In this document: piece by piece, positions 8,503-17,931 of the stretch | Layout of the letters: each line of letters starts with the position of its first letter | How positions within the stretch are numbered: the first letter of the stretch is position 1 | Virus record (IMG/VR): IMGVR_UViG_3300033463_000008 | Direction: 5' to 3' (one strand) | Length of the DNA stretch: 64,000 nucleotides | DNA from: a virus | Taxonomy: Duplodnaviria; Caudoviricetes | The notes under the pieces: model-generated | The model's database searches: none | Told to the model about the DNA's origin: nothing | What the model saw: the letters and a program-made list of their open reading frames with translations, nothing else | Position numbers and translations under genes: made by a program

Positions 8503-10127
8503 TGTTCAACCTCCACCGTCTTCAGCGCAACCATGGTATCATTGAGGTTAGTCTTCACGCCGAAGATGCCACGCTGCCCGTGGTCATACAGTACGAAATA
8601 GAACGAATAAATCATCTGGTTGTCAAACTCGAAAGTCTCGGTCTCGAAAGTCTTGCTCTGCGTGGTGGTGTGATAGGTGAAGTAAAGCTTGCTATCCATT
8701 ACACCCCAGTCAAACCATACGCTTTCAGCAGGTATTACCGTACCATCTTCAAGAGTCACATCATCCGGATTGTAGAGATACTGGAACAACGTATCGCCCG
8801 GAACACTTTCATGGAACTGCAAGGTCGCCTTGAAGGTGTACGGACTTCCGATAGTTCCATCCTTGTTGTCGCCGAACCAGTTGAGGATCTGGCTCCAGTA
8901 AAGCCGGGAATCATCCGCGGTCGGGGTATCATAGACATAACCGCCATCGGTGTTGGTTCCGTTGCCTGGAGGGAGTCCGGGAATGAACTTCCGTGTATCG
9001 TCATTGACCGCAACGAAGTCCCTGCCAAGCCCGCTCATGTCTGCGGCAACCGGACTATCCTCGTCAAACGTAAGGTGGATGAGGTCAAATGATGGTACCT
9101 CGGCAGGACGTTCAATGTCATCCACTATGACCTGTTCCCAGTCGTAGATAGGTATGCGATCGCCATCGGCATCAAGGATATACTCGCCGTTTTCGTCCTT
9201 CTTGTATCCCTTTAAGATTGGGTTCTTTCCAATATTGCTCCCTGTGGTATCGACACCGGTAATTTCGTTGTAGGTAAGCATCGCGTAGCGGAGCGTTTCG
9301 TCCGCCCAATATTCTTCACCATTTACCTCGCCCCGGCGAACCAGCGTCTTGGCAAACGTTTTCAGGAGAGAATATCCTTCCCTGATGGAGGGTTCAACCG
9401 TTTCCCATGCACGGCGCCTCTGTTTCGCGATTTCATCAGGATATACCAAAATCTGCTCGACATCGTTATACTGCTTGTTTACTATGAAATTCATTTCAGC
9501 ATACCGAATTTCAGCCGGAAGCGCATATGGCTTGTGCATCAGTCCATGGGCTTCAAGCTGGTAAGTCGTCTTGTATTGCTGGAACTTGGCACCGGTGTTA
9601 TCCGTTTCATCATCAAGCTGGTCAGAAACTCCGGCCAGGAACACCGGCACCGGCTGTTCAATCTCGGGAGCGAAATCAAACTCCTTCAAGCGAACCGTAC
9701 GGTAATCGTTGAAGTAAGGCTCGATGTTTTCCTTCAACTGCGCAAAATCGGAGAAATTGCTAGAAAGGACAGTCAGTTCAAATCGAAATACAGTCGGCTT
9801 CGGCTGGATGTCCCTAATCCAGAAATCATTGCTCCGGGAATAGATTTCTCTTGCGTAGGTAGGCTGGACAAGATTGCTATCGTCCTTAGACGTACCGATA
9901 AAACGCAGTCCGGCGACTGGCAGGACCTGCAGCTGTTGCTTGCTCATCGTAGTGCTTAGCCAGTTGGCGAAGTCATCCGAATAATGTGTGACCAGCTTTA
10001 CCCTGACTGTATCGGCAAATTCGGTCCTGAGCATGTCAGTGTATTTGTTCACGCGCAGATTGTCGAACATGTCGTAGATGGCAACAAGCAGTTTTTCGAT
10101 TTCTCTTACATAGTAGAACGGTGTCAT
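8499..10127 (-). CDS. gp15: Tail terminator/sheath stabiliser T4 gp15-like, with C-terminal extension (LamG/ConA-like)
   Basis: FYYVREIEKLLVAIYDMFDNLRV...LP...P.P....FEL......D..QL.ENIEPYF fits gp15; LIHLTFDEDSPVAADMSG resembles a LamG-like domain start. Confidence 0.75.
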   Translation of the reverse strand: MTPFYYVREIEKLLVAIYDMFDNLRVNKYTDMLRTEFADTVRVKLVTHYSDDFANWLSTTMSKQQLQVLPVAGLRFIGTSKDDSNLVQPTYAREIYSRSNDFWIRDIQPKPTVFRFELTVLSSNFSDFAQLKENIEPYFNDYRTVRLKEFDFAPEIEQPVPVFLAGVSDQLDDETDNTGAKFQQYKTTYQLEAHGLMHKPYALPAEIRYAEMNFIVNKQYNDVEQILVYPDEIAKQRRRAWETVEPSIREGYSLLKTFAKTLVRRGEVNGEEYWADETLRYAMLTYNEITGVDTTGSNIGKNPILKGYKKDENGEYILDADGDRIPIYDWEQVIVDDIERPAEVPSFDLIHLTFDEDSPVAADMSGLGRDFVAVNDDTRKFIPGLPPGNGTNTDGGYVYDTPTADDSRLYWSQILNWFGDNKDGTIGSPYTFKATLQFHESVPGDTLFQYLYNPDDVTLEDGTVIPAESVWFDWGVMDSKLYFTYHTTTQSKTFETETFEFDNQMIYSFYFVLYDHGQRGIFGVKTNLNDTMVALKTVEVEQ

Positions 10128-10195
10128 TTCAGCGATAGATTTATAAGTTCATGGTTGTTGAAACCTTATAAGTCTATGGGTGAGGTATCCCCGAT

Positions 10196-10553
10196 GAACG
10201 AAGAATTGGAAAGATATTTTAAGGAAGCACGAGCAGTTATCAAAGATAATGCCGTCCTGGAAAGTGTGGTCACCGGAATGAAAACGGTGATTATCGAAGC
10301 AACCGGCGATTGCCCTTGCGGCGATCCTGATTGCAACGGCCACTGCAAGTACGGCCTCGAAGAAAACAAGAAGCCAGAAGAACCAAAGCAAGAAGCGGTT
10401 GAACAGACTCCATTGCAAATCCTCGAAGCAGCACGAGGGGATACCCCCAAGAAGGACTTTGTTCAGGCTCTCCGTGAGGCGATCGAACAAGTCAACAAGG
10501 CGCCATTGAAAGCTCGACTGAAGCAAAAGCTAGATAAATACGCAAGCATGTAG
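10196..10553 (+). CDS. Hypothetical protein with shared leader and CPCGDPDCNGHC motif
   Basis: GAGG RBS before ATG 10196; RYFKEARAVIKDNAVLESVVTGMKTVIIEA leader. Confidence 0.7.
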
Positions 10554-10554
10554 C

Positions 10555-10584
10555 AAAAAGGCCACCCAACGGGTGGCCAATTTT
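10555..10584. terminator. Bidirectional intrinsic terminator
   Basis: GGCCACCC-AAC-GGGTGGCC stem with A and T tracts between convergent genes. Confidence 0.75.
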
Positions 10585-10599
10585 AATTCAGGGATAACC

Positions 10600-10986
10600 T
10601 TAGGCAATAGTCAACTTGCGCGGCTGAGATACCTTCTTTACCGGAATAGCAACCGTGAGCACGCCATCCTGCAAAGAACATTTGATGTTGGCGGTCGTGT
10701 CAGCCTTTTCCGGGACGGCAACTGCAGCCTTCATCTTGACTTCGGTGTCGTCAAACTTACGGGTAGCGTTCACTGTCAGCACCTGGCCATTGTCACTAAA
10801 GCCGATATCGATATCGCTCTTCTGGACACCCGGAACGTCAAACATGAACGTGACATCGGATGCGGTTTCCGACTTGTAGCAGGCAATGTCATATGCATTG
10901 CTCTTGACTGCAAAGTCATTCAACATATCATTGAAGCTTCTTGCAAAAGCGGAAGGGAACGGGAAAATACTGAATTCTTTGGACAT
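10600..10986 (-). CDS. hsp20: Small heat-shock protein (Hsp20/alpha-crystallin family)
   Basis: FDVPGVQKSDIDI...VLTV...IKCSLQDGVLTVAIP; AAGGAG RBS before MSKEF at 10986. Confidence 0.9.
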   Translation of the reverse strand: MSKEFSIFPFPSAFARSFNDMLNDFAVKSNAYDIACYKSETASDVTFMFDVPGVQKSDIDIGFSDNGQVLTVNATRKFDDTEVKMKAAVAVPEKADTTANIKCSLQDGVLTVAIPVKKVSQPRKLTIA

Positions 10987-11018
10987 TTTATACTCCTTTT
11001 TGTTTTCACTACACAATA

Positions 11019-11035
11019 TGCAAAATGCGTGCCAA
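11019..11035 (-). promoter_or_regulatory. Sigma-54 (RpoN) -24/-12 promoter of hsp20
   Basis: TTGGCACGCATTTTGCA = TGGCAC-N5-TTGCA, 32 nt upstream of the start codon. Confidence 0.75.
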
Positions 11036-11040
11036 CAATA

Positions 11041-11076
11041 AAAAATGCCGATTTTATAAGAAAATCGGCACTTTTT
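11041..11076 (-). terminator. Hairpin, probable terminator of the 11100-11579 gene
   Basis: TGCCGATTTT-ATAAG-AAAATCGGCA inverted repeat flanked by A/T tracts. Confidence 0.6.
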
Positions 11077-11099
11077 AAAAGAATGTTTCAAACTGAAAC

Positions 11100-11579
11100 T
11101 TATCGGAGCTTGATTTGCCCGTCGTAATCCTTCTGGGTAATCGGCGTATTGCTGACTGCGCTTGCGGTAGTGCAGATAGTCCATTTCTTAGACTTAAGCC
11201 GTTCAAGCAATTCTTCCTTGGTAAGAAGACCCTTTTCTTCGGCAGCCTTTCGATCCGGTTCGGCACCCTTTCCATTCGGGTTCTTGATGATATCATACTC
11301 CATGCGACGGAAGTTTTTGTTTCCACGCCCCGGAGTATTGTTAATCATGTCATCTTCCTTGAACTTATCCTGCACTTCGGCCAGCTTGTCTTCGGTGTGC
11401 CACCAGTTCTGTTCATATGCACGTTCAAGGAACTCATCGGCCTTGCCGCTAGACACGTCACCGATGCCGCGTGCAAGCTGCTGCACCTGCAAGAAAAGAT
11501 CATGGCGATAGTCCGGATGAGTATCGAAATTGTTACCAATCATCCCTATTGCATCACCGTTGTTTACTCTGATTCCCAT
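11100..11579 (-). CDS. Hypothetical protein
   Basis: Open frame, AGGTG RBS-like, TATAAACT at 11612-11619. Confidence 0.7.
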   Translation of the reverse strand: MGIRVNNGDAIGMIGNNFDTHPDYRHDLFLQVQQLARGIGDVSSGKADEFLERAYEQNWWHTEDKLAEVQDKFKEDDMINNTPGRGNKNFRRMEYDIIKNPNGKGAEPDRKAAEEKGLLTKEELLERLKSKKWTICTTASAVSNTPITQKDYDGQIKLR

Positions 11580-11614
11580 TGGACACCTACGAAGCTATAT
11601 ATTTCGTCGTAAGT

Positions 11615-12334
11615 TTATAATTGTTCCATATCTTCCGGAAGGACATTGTCGTCATTAACGGCCTCAGCCGTCTTTTCAACCTTCTGGATAGCCTCATCAA
11701 TCGATTCACCGGTAAGACCGGCATTAGCGGATGCGTTCCAGTGCCTGCGCTGTTTCTCACGCTTCACCATGCCGGCATACTGGTCAAACGCGATGCACGA
11801 ATGAAGAATGCCTTCATCAAGAGGGACAAACTGGACCAGTTCGCTGCGCTTGTTCAATGTTTCCCATTTCTGGAAGAAAGCGCACTTTACGCAACGGCGG
11901 ACATAGTTGTACGGGTCGTTGCTCTTGGCGGTCTTCGTCTTGGCCGGGTCATAGTTGTGGAGATAGTTCAATGCGAGAATCAGGGCATGACCCCTAAATT
12001 CTTCCTTCCATTCCGGCGTATATCCGGAGAAACGGGCAGAACCGAGAGTCTTCTCAATGACAATCTGGACAATCCTGGCAAGGCGCGGATCCATTTCCGG
12101 ACGCGGAATTTCCTTTGCCTTTTCCTTGCCGACTTCCTTACAAAGAGCTTTGTACGGCAGCATCTTTTCCCTGTGCTCTATCAAGAGCTTCATCAGATAC
12201 CCTTTGTCGATGGTACCATACAGCATGGAAAGTTCGGTCTGGTTTCCATTTTCATCAAATTCCGGCTTCATCTTTGTCGGCATGCTAGCCTTCATTTTCG
12301 ATGAATAATGAGTAACCTTGTTATCCTGGCTCAT
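11615..12334 (-). CDS. gp55: Late-transcription sigma factor, T4 gp55-like
   Basis: RFSGYTPEWKEEF...LHNYDP...NDPYNYV...AFFQK parallels the gp55 core (FSGYT..WK.EM...LHNFD....NP..Y....AF.Q). Confidence 0.88.
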   Translation of the reverse strand: MSQDNKVTHYSSKMKASMPTKMKPEFDENGNQTELSMLYGTIDKGYLMKLLIEHREKMLPYKALCKEVGKEKAKEIPRPEMDPRLARIVQIVIEKTLGSARFSGYTPEWKEEFRGHALILALNYLHNYDPAKTKTAKSNDPYNYVRRCVKCAFFQKWETLNKRSELVQFVPLDEGILHSCIAFDQYAGMVKREKQRRHWNASANAGLTGESIDEAIQKVEKTAEAVNDDNVLPEDMEQL

Positions 12335-12376
12335 TGCAAAAATCCTTTAACTTCTGTACAGGAAGTAAACTACTTC

Positions 12377-14767
12377 TTAATGCGGCATCGAGTTCCAGAT
12401 GCTGCACAGGCGAGCCTTCGACAATGCCTCGGTATAGAGCTTGAAGCCCCAGGTATCCGGTGTCGGATGGACGGATGTCATCACCGAGCTGGCAGTCTCG
12501 ACATTCTCCATGTCGGCACATGACGTACGAAGGATGGAATCGGGATTGTAGTCCCGCTTGGCACAAATCGTCGTGGTACACTTGATTGCCCACGCAGAAT
12601 ACAAAGTTTTCTCATCAAGAACATGGGTGTATGAAACCTCATCGGTTTCTTCATCGGTGACCTTGAAATTCCAGGTGTCGTCAAACAACCCAAAATCCCG
12701 TGCAAGCCGTCCACCGTGGTTTACGAACCACGCATCGCGGGTTGTTTTCTTCATCGGAAGTCCATCTGCACCGATTGGGAGAATTTCGACATTCTCGTCT
12801 ACATCGGATTCAGTCGCAATGCCATTTGTACCCAGGTGATATACATAGTAATTCATTCCAAGGTCATAACGACCGGCGCCTATATATGCATAAAGATGCC
12901 AGTGTCCATCCTCGTACTGCCAGAACACTATGCTAAACCCGTTACGGTCTCTCGACGAGAATGCGGCATCGTTACCAACATTGTACACATGTTCGCAACG
13001 GCAAATCGACAAACCATTGGGAGCCGTTATGACTTCACTGCCGCATTCAAACCGAGTATCCCTAATGTTTACTCGATAGTCGGCATCATAGTTTTCAACT
13101 TCTTCCGCACAGGTTTCCTTGACCGGATCGCCAGCAGTCCGATGGGAATCGACGACAAGTTCCGGATTGGCATCAACGGAAATTTTATAGTCGGAGACAT
13201 CGACACCCTTCGACGGGAACAACGTACCCTTCAAGCCGCATGTAATCTTGACCGTACGTTTCGCACGGGAAAGATAACAGGCTCCGTTCAGGTAGTAATA
13301 CCAGATGTGGAAAATATTCTTCCCGCCATGTTCGCATGTACAAAAATCAATGTCATTCTGGACAATAACAAAGTCATCGCCGGAAATAGTGTTTCCGCTA
13401 TGCACAGGAACCGATTCAGTGCGCTGAACCCACTCGGCACAGGTAACTTCCCAAAGTCCATTGGCACCATCGCTCTGGTTGGTAAGTAGAACCGTATCAC
13501 CCGGACGGACAATCGTATTGCATATTTTCTGCGACCCAAACCGCATGTCTTTCGGAACATCGCTATCACATGCTATCGTCACCTTGTCCTTGACATGTAC
13601 ACCAAGGTCGGCAATTACATTTGCATCAACCGGAAGCGGCACCTGTTCGACCCTCTGGCATGGCTTGTAATATTCACCATAGCCGCCCTGCCCTTCAAGA
13701 TACGTCTTCAACCCAAGCCATTCGCCTGTCTGGACAATCCAGAGGCCATTGCCCCCGTCGAACTGTTTGTCCAACCACACAAGGTCGCCTTCAATCAGTT
13801 GAACGCCATCAAGAGTAAGTTCACCAGCCCTCTTTGGGAGATTGCTTGAATATTTCAACTTGACCAGGTAGTAGCTAAGCTTCGTGCAATCGGTGTCGGG
13901 CTTTATCCTGAAATAAATATCGGCACCAAGCTTACTGCTCACACCGCCACTTGTCGTCTTGCTGTCAGACGAGTAATCGTCTGTGACCAGTTCAAGTTCA
14001 CTGGCGTAAAAGCACTTCGGGTCAACCGTAGTCATTGCGCCTCCGGGAGTCTGTTCACTCAGCTCCTTGTTGGCGCTGTCATATTTATACCTGATTAGGT
14101 ACAGGTTGTTGTTCCAGGCAGTTTCATAATCAAATGTGCCAGCTTCCGGGCTGTTTGCACCGCATTCGCCATAGCCGAGGTGAATGGCATACGTTCCGCA
14201 AATTTCATTGCACTTGGAATCCAGGGCAACAAACGGCTTGCCGAATATGAACGATATCGTGTCATATCCATCAGAAGTTCCGTACTGCCGGTAAAGTTCC
14301 GTTCCAGACAACTTTACACATGTCCCGTCAGGCCGGTCAAGGAATACCGACAAATCATCATTGAAATCATGACCATAAATTGTCACGTATTCGGTAGAAC
14401 CGACCTTGGTGGCGATATTGTTGATATACTGGATAGTCGGCTTCTTGACCGTGTCACTTTTGCCATAAACGACAAAGGTCCCTTTCCAGTTATCCCTGTC
14501 ACCAAATGCGTTGACATACTCGACATAAACAGGGACTTTGAACCGTTCCACAGTATCAATCGGCTGGGACGTTCCACCTTTCCAGACTACGTTCCATGAC
14601 TCGCTGAGATCATCCTTGGGCGACATATATGCCATCTCGAATTCAGACGCATCGGCATCAATATCGGCATACGTTATCTTGATACCGGATGTTTCATCCA
14701 ATATGGTAAGGACGCCCACTTGTTCAGATGGCTTGTCATGAAAGACATAATTGGAAAGGGCAAACAT
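12377..14767 (-). CDS. Cys-rich putative virion/fibre protein
   Basis: Two copies of the phage fibre motif DG..L..GD.V.L..Q.DG.NGLW.V; IPT/Ig-like PTI..I......G...VTIYG.DF; about 22 Cys. Confidence 0.55.
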   Translation of the reverse strand: MFALSNYVFHDKPSEQVGVLTILDETSGIKITYADIDADASEFEMAYMSPKDDLSESWNVVWKGGTSQPIDTVERFKVPVYVEYVNAFGDRDNWKGTFVVYGKSDTVKKPTIQYINNIATKVGSTEYVTIYGHDFNDDLSVFLDRPDGTCVKLSGTELYRQYGTSDGYDTISFIFGKPFVALDSKCNEICGTYAIHLGYGECGANSPEAGTFDYETAWNNNLYLIRYKYDSANKELSEQTPGGAMTTVDPKCFYASELELVTDDYSSDSKTTSGGVSSKLGADIYFRIKPDTDCTKLSYYLVKLKYSSNLPKRAGELTLDGVQLIEGDLVWLDKQFDGGNGLWIVQTGEWLGLKTYLEGQGGYGEYYKPCQRVEQVPLPVDANVIADLGVHVKDKVTIACDSDVPKDMRFGSQKICNTIVRPGDTVLLTNQSDGANGLWEVTCAEWVQRTESVPVHSGNTISGDDFVIVQNDIDFCTCEHGGKNIFHIWYYYLNGACYLSRAKRTVKITCGLKGTLFPSKGVDVSDYKISVDANPELVVDSHRTAGDPVKETCAEEVENYDADYRVNIRDTRFECGSEVITAPNGLSICRCEHVYNVGNDAAFSSRDRNGFSIVFWQYEDGHWHLYAYIGAGRYDLGMNYYVYHLGTNGIATESDVDENVEILPIGADGLPMKKTTRDAWFVNHGGRLARDFGLFDDTWNFKVTDEETDEVSYTHVLDEKTLYSAWAIKCTTTICAKRDYNPDSILRTSCADMENVETASSVMTSVHPTPDTWGFKLYTEALSKARLCSIWNSMPH

Positions 14768-14771
14768 CAGA

Positions 14772-15344
14772 CTACCTCAACTTAGCAATCTGCACCGAGT
14801 AGTTTTTCAACTTGTCAACGATGGGCTTTCCACCGGCACGGACAGATTCAACATACTTTGCACGGGTAGGAGGAATCCATTCTTCCGGGAATTCAAGAAG
14901 CTTGATGACGCGAAGCAATTCATGATATGTCGCATCGACGCTCTTGGTCGCAATGACACCGCCGGCTCTCACCTCGGAAAGTTCGGGATCGATACCGTTC
15001 AGCTTATTGATGAGTGCATCATACTTATCGACAGCAGCATCAGCATCAGCCTGGTTCATGACATCGGAAATGGAATTCGGGTCCTGGTGTCCCGGGGATG
15101 CCCATCCACCGCCTATATTCTGCATATGCTGCTGCTGAGGGAAGTTTCCCTGTACATACCCAACACCGCCAAATTCCGCACCCATCTGGTTATACGGGTA
15201 AGGATTGGGGGCATAATTGCCACCGGGCATAGTCATTTGTTGAGGAGCAAAACCAGGCTGTGCCGGAGGCATGGTGCCCGGTCCCATACCTGGCATGACA
15301 AGCCCTGGCTGTGGTTGCTGGTTATAATCTCTCTGTGAACGCAT
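14772..15344 (-). CDS. Gln/Pro/Gly-rich hypothetical protein
   Basis: GAGG RBS; TATAAACT at 15360-15367. Confidence 0.7.
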   Translation of the reverse strand: MRSQRDYNQQPQPGLVMPGMGPGTMPPAQPGFAPQQMTMPGGNYAPNPYPYNQMGAEFGGVGYVQGNFPQQQHMQNIGGGWASPGHQDPNSISDVMNQADADAAVDKYDALINKLNGIDPELSEVRAGGVIATKSVDATYHELLRVIKLLEFPEEWIPPTRAKYVESVRAGGKPIVDKLKNYSVQIAKLR

Positions 15345-15424
15345 AAATACCTCTTCTACAGTTTATACCCGCCCAATGGGCAGTACCGTATCCGATGGAA
15401 AACTATTTCTTTTACGGAAACAAG

Positions 15425-15449
15425 AAAAGCGGCACCGAAATGCCGCTTT
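15425..15449 (-). terminator. Intrinsic terminator after gp22
   Basis: AAAGCGGCA-CCGAAA-TGCCGCTTT stem followed by T tract on - strand. Confidence 0.7.
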
Positions 15450-15468
15450 ATGTCAATTTCTGGCAAAC

Positions 15469-16356
15469 TTAGCCGAATCGGCCACCGATTCCGAGTTCAT
15501 CGTATGCCGCAATCTGCTTCATTGCTATGCCAACGTCATCGGTCGGTTCGGCATTTTCCCCACGGATAGCCTCCAAGGTAACGGTTGTTCCCTGGAGCCC
15601 GACCCTTTGTGGCTTCAAGCCACGACCGACAGCCTCAACGAAGTTGCGCTGGGCAGGAGTCTGCTTAGGCTGGGCAGGTTCCTCGTTGCCATTGAAGTCC
15701 AGCTGGAAATCATCGGCATCCTTGATGGCATTGCGAATCTTGTCCATGTTGATGTCGCTCGGATCAGGATCGACATCAAGGACAAAGCCGTTTTGGTCAT
15801 CGATAAGATGCGCATTGATGAATGCCGTAACGCTTTCCTTCGTGATTTCGCGTTCATCATGGCCACGGAAATGGTCGAGGACATTGCTGACCGTATTGGG
15901 GTCGAGACCCTGGCAAAGCCTGAGAACTTTCGTTTCAGCATTAGCCTTGTTAAGCCTGTCAGTAATCTCTTCGTGCTTGATGTAGTTCTCTTTTAGTTCA
16001 AGGTTAACCTTGGCCAATTCCCTCTTTAGTTCCTTCACGGTCTGGGTATCACCAAAACCATCGACACCAAGGGAATTTTCAAGGATAGCGGCTACGCCTT
16101 TCAACGCGGCATACATCTTTGTGTTGATTGCGTCAGTCTGCATGTTGTTCATACATGACTCGACAGCCGCATTGATTTTATCTTCAACCTTAGCATTAAC
16201 TGATTCAAGAAGCTTGGAGAACTTCTCGGCAGTTTTCTTTGATTCCGCCTTTACACCGGCCTCCAACCTCGACTGGTAGTCCGACTCGATTTTGGCGGCA
16301 ACGCCTTCAGGCAATGAACCAATTTCGGCTTCTGTCAATATCTTTTCCAGCACCAT
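15469..16356 (-). CDS. gp22: Prohead core scaffold protein, T4 gp22-like
   Basis: Acidic coiled-coil directly downstream of the prohead protease; many hydrophobic-x-E-[A/S] sites. Confidence 0.72.
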   Translation of the reverse strand: MVLEKILTEAEIGSLPEGVAAKIESDYQSRLEAGVKAESKKTAEKFSKLLESVNAKVEDKINAAVESCMNNMQTDAINTKMYAALKGVAAILENSLGVDGFGDTQTVKELKRELAKVNLELKENYIKHEEITDRLNKANAETKVLRLCQGLDPNTVSNVLDHFRGHDEREITKESVTAFINAHLIDDQNGFVLDVDPDPSDINMDKIRNAIKDADDFQLDFNGNEEPAQPKQTPAQRNFVEAVGRGLKPQRVGLQGTTVTLEAIRGENAEPTDDVGIAMKQIAAYDELGIGGRFG

Positions 16357-16363
16357 ATTATCC

Positions 16364-17104
16364 CTATCTCATCTGGCTCAGGTACCCAATGAGCGATTCA
16401 CGGTTAAAGCTGCGATACCCGGTGGATATCAGGGCCCTATTGTATGCCACTTCACGGCGCAGCGAATTGATTGATTCGGTGAGGACCTTTGCAGGTTTTT
16501 CAATGGATTCACGACGGGAATTAAAGATTGCGCTCTGACCGAAACTCGGGTTGCCGACCACATCAACGGTAATCATTGTGTAGTTGTCGGCAATCTGCTC
16601 GTATTCTTCACGAGTAAGCGCATTTATCTTCTTGACCGTATCACCGGCACCACGAAGCGAATATCCAGGATGATACCCAATCTTGATTAGACCGGCCAAA
16701 TCATGCCCAGCATCCGTATCCTCAGCAACGACCATGCGGCATTTAAGCTTGTCCCCTTCCATATGGAGGTCTTCAATGACAGCGCATGTCTTCTTCAAGT
16801 TCATTTCAAAAATCGGATAATCGCGGGGCTTGCCTTCTTCATCAAGTCTTGGATGATTAAGTTCGGCAGCCAGACGGCCATAAGCCACATAATCACGATT
16901 CAACCGATCAACTTCCCTGGCAATAATTTCCCGAGGATAGTCACGACCATTGATACCGACAACACCGCAAACAATGGCGGTGCCTTCAATAATCAGTCGT
17001 TTGACCGGTTTGCCATCAAGGCCGATACGCTCACCGATATGCGAAGTGGAACCTTCGAACACCGGTGTCTCGAAAATGCCCATACTGTCTGTTATTGCAC
17101 CCAT
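16364..17104 (-). CDS. gp21: Prohead protease, T4 gp21-like
   Basis: IEG......NGRDYP...ELNHP (His)...GYSLRGAG (Ser)...DVVGNPS. Confidence 0.92.
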   Translation of the reverse strand: MGAITDSMGIFETPVFEGSTSHIGERIGLDGKPVKRLIIEGTAIVCGVVGINGRDYPREIIAREVDRLNRDYVAYGRLAAELNHPRLDEEGKPRDYPIFEMNLKKTCAVIEDLHMEGDKLKCRMVVAEDTDAGHDLAGLIKIGYHPGYSLRGAGDTVKKINALTREEYEQIADNYTMITVDVVGNPSFGQSAIFNSRRESIEKPAKVLTESINSLRREVAYNRALISTGYRSFNRESLIGYLSQMR

Positions 17105-17122
17105 CTTCCAAACTCCCCTGGA

Positions 17123-17296
17123 TTAACCAAACTGAGGTTCCTGGTCAGAAAGCATACTTTCAAAAACAGCCTTGCTGGTTTCTTCGACACGGCGTTTGAA
17201 TTGGCTTTCAAGCCGGGCACTGACAATCCGATTGATTTCTGCGTCATCATTATTGAAAAGTGCCGTTACCAGTCTCTGTGTTTCTGCTTTCTGCAT
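17123..17296 (-). CDS. Small prohead core protein (gp67/gp68-like position)
   Basis: 57-aa helical ORF immediately upstream of gp21 with RLES and VFES sites; TATAAACT at 17320-17327. Confidence 0.55.
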   Translation of the reverse strand: MQKAETQRLVTALFNNDDAEINRIVSARLESQFKRRVEETSKAVFESMLSDQEPQFG

Positions 17297-17426
17297 TACA
17301 ATACCACGATTTTCCAGTAAGTTTATAAGGGAAGCGCAGTTTTTACTGCACAACTCGGTGCTTTACGCTAAGAAACTACATTAGATGGCAAATAAAAACA
17401 CCCTCCGATTGAGGAGGGTGTCAATG

Positions 17427-17828
17427 TTAGGCTTCTTCCCAGCCGTCCTGGACCATTTTAGGCTTCAGTTTCTTGGGAACTGCCCCGGAACCTTTGCATA
17501 CGGGACATTCCTTGTCCCGGTATTCCCACTTTTCGCCCCAGTATGAATCCGGGAGCCCTTGGGGGTATGCATTATACCGTTCCTGGATTATGCCGGTTCC
17601 CTTGCACTCCGGGCATTTGAAGCCTATAGGCTTAAAGGAACACAATATCAATCCGAGTACGGCCTTGTCGCCATATTTATTCATCAGGCGCCGTACCGTG
17701 TAATAATCATCGGGAAATTTATAATCATCGGTGTTAACCCACTGTGCACTTTTGGCAACGGCCCTTTCCTTCATTATATCGGTACAGCTGTTTCCCGGTA
17801 TGGTAGACATATTACGGCTTCTTCTCAT
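17427..17828 (-). CDS. DnaJ-type zinc-finger protein
   Basis: CPECKGTG...CPVCKGSG. Confidence 0.7.
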   Translation of the reverse strand: MRRSRNMSTIPGNSCTDIMKERAVAKSAQWVNTDDYKFPDDYYTVRRLMNKYGDKAVLGLILCSFKPIGFKCPECKGTGIIQERYNAYPQGLPDSYWGEKWEYRDKECPVCKGSGAVPKKLKPKMVQDGWEEA

Positions 17829-17880
17829 TCGATCAGTAACTCCATCCGTTTAAAATTTTTATTAGCATATTTTAAATATA

Positions 17881-17914
17881 ATAAAAATGGCCGCGCATGC
17901 AGCCATTTTTTATT
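17881..17914 (-). terminator. Intrinsic terminator
   Basis: ATAAAAATGGC...GCCATTTTTTAT inverted repeat downstream of the 17932 gene. Confidence 0.6.
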
Positions 17915-17931
17915 CTTTGCGTAAATGTTTT

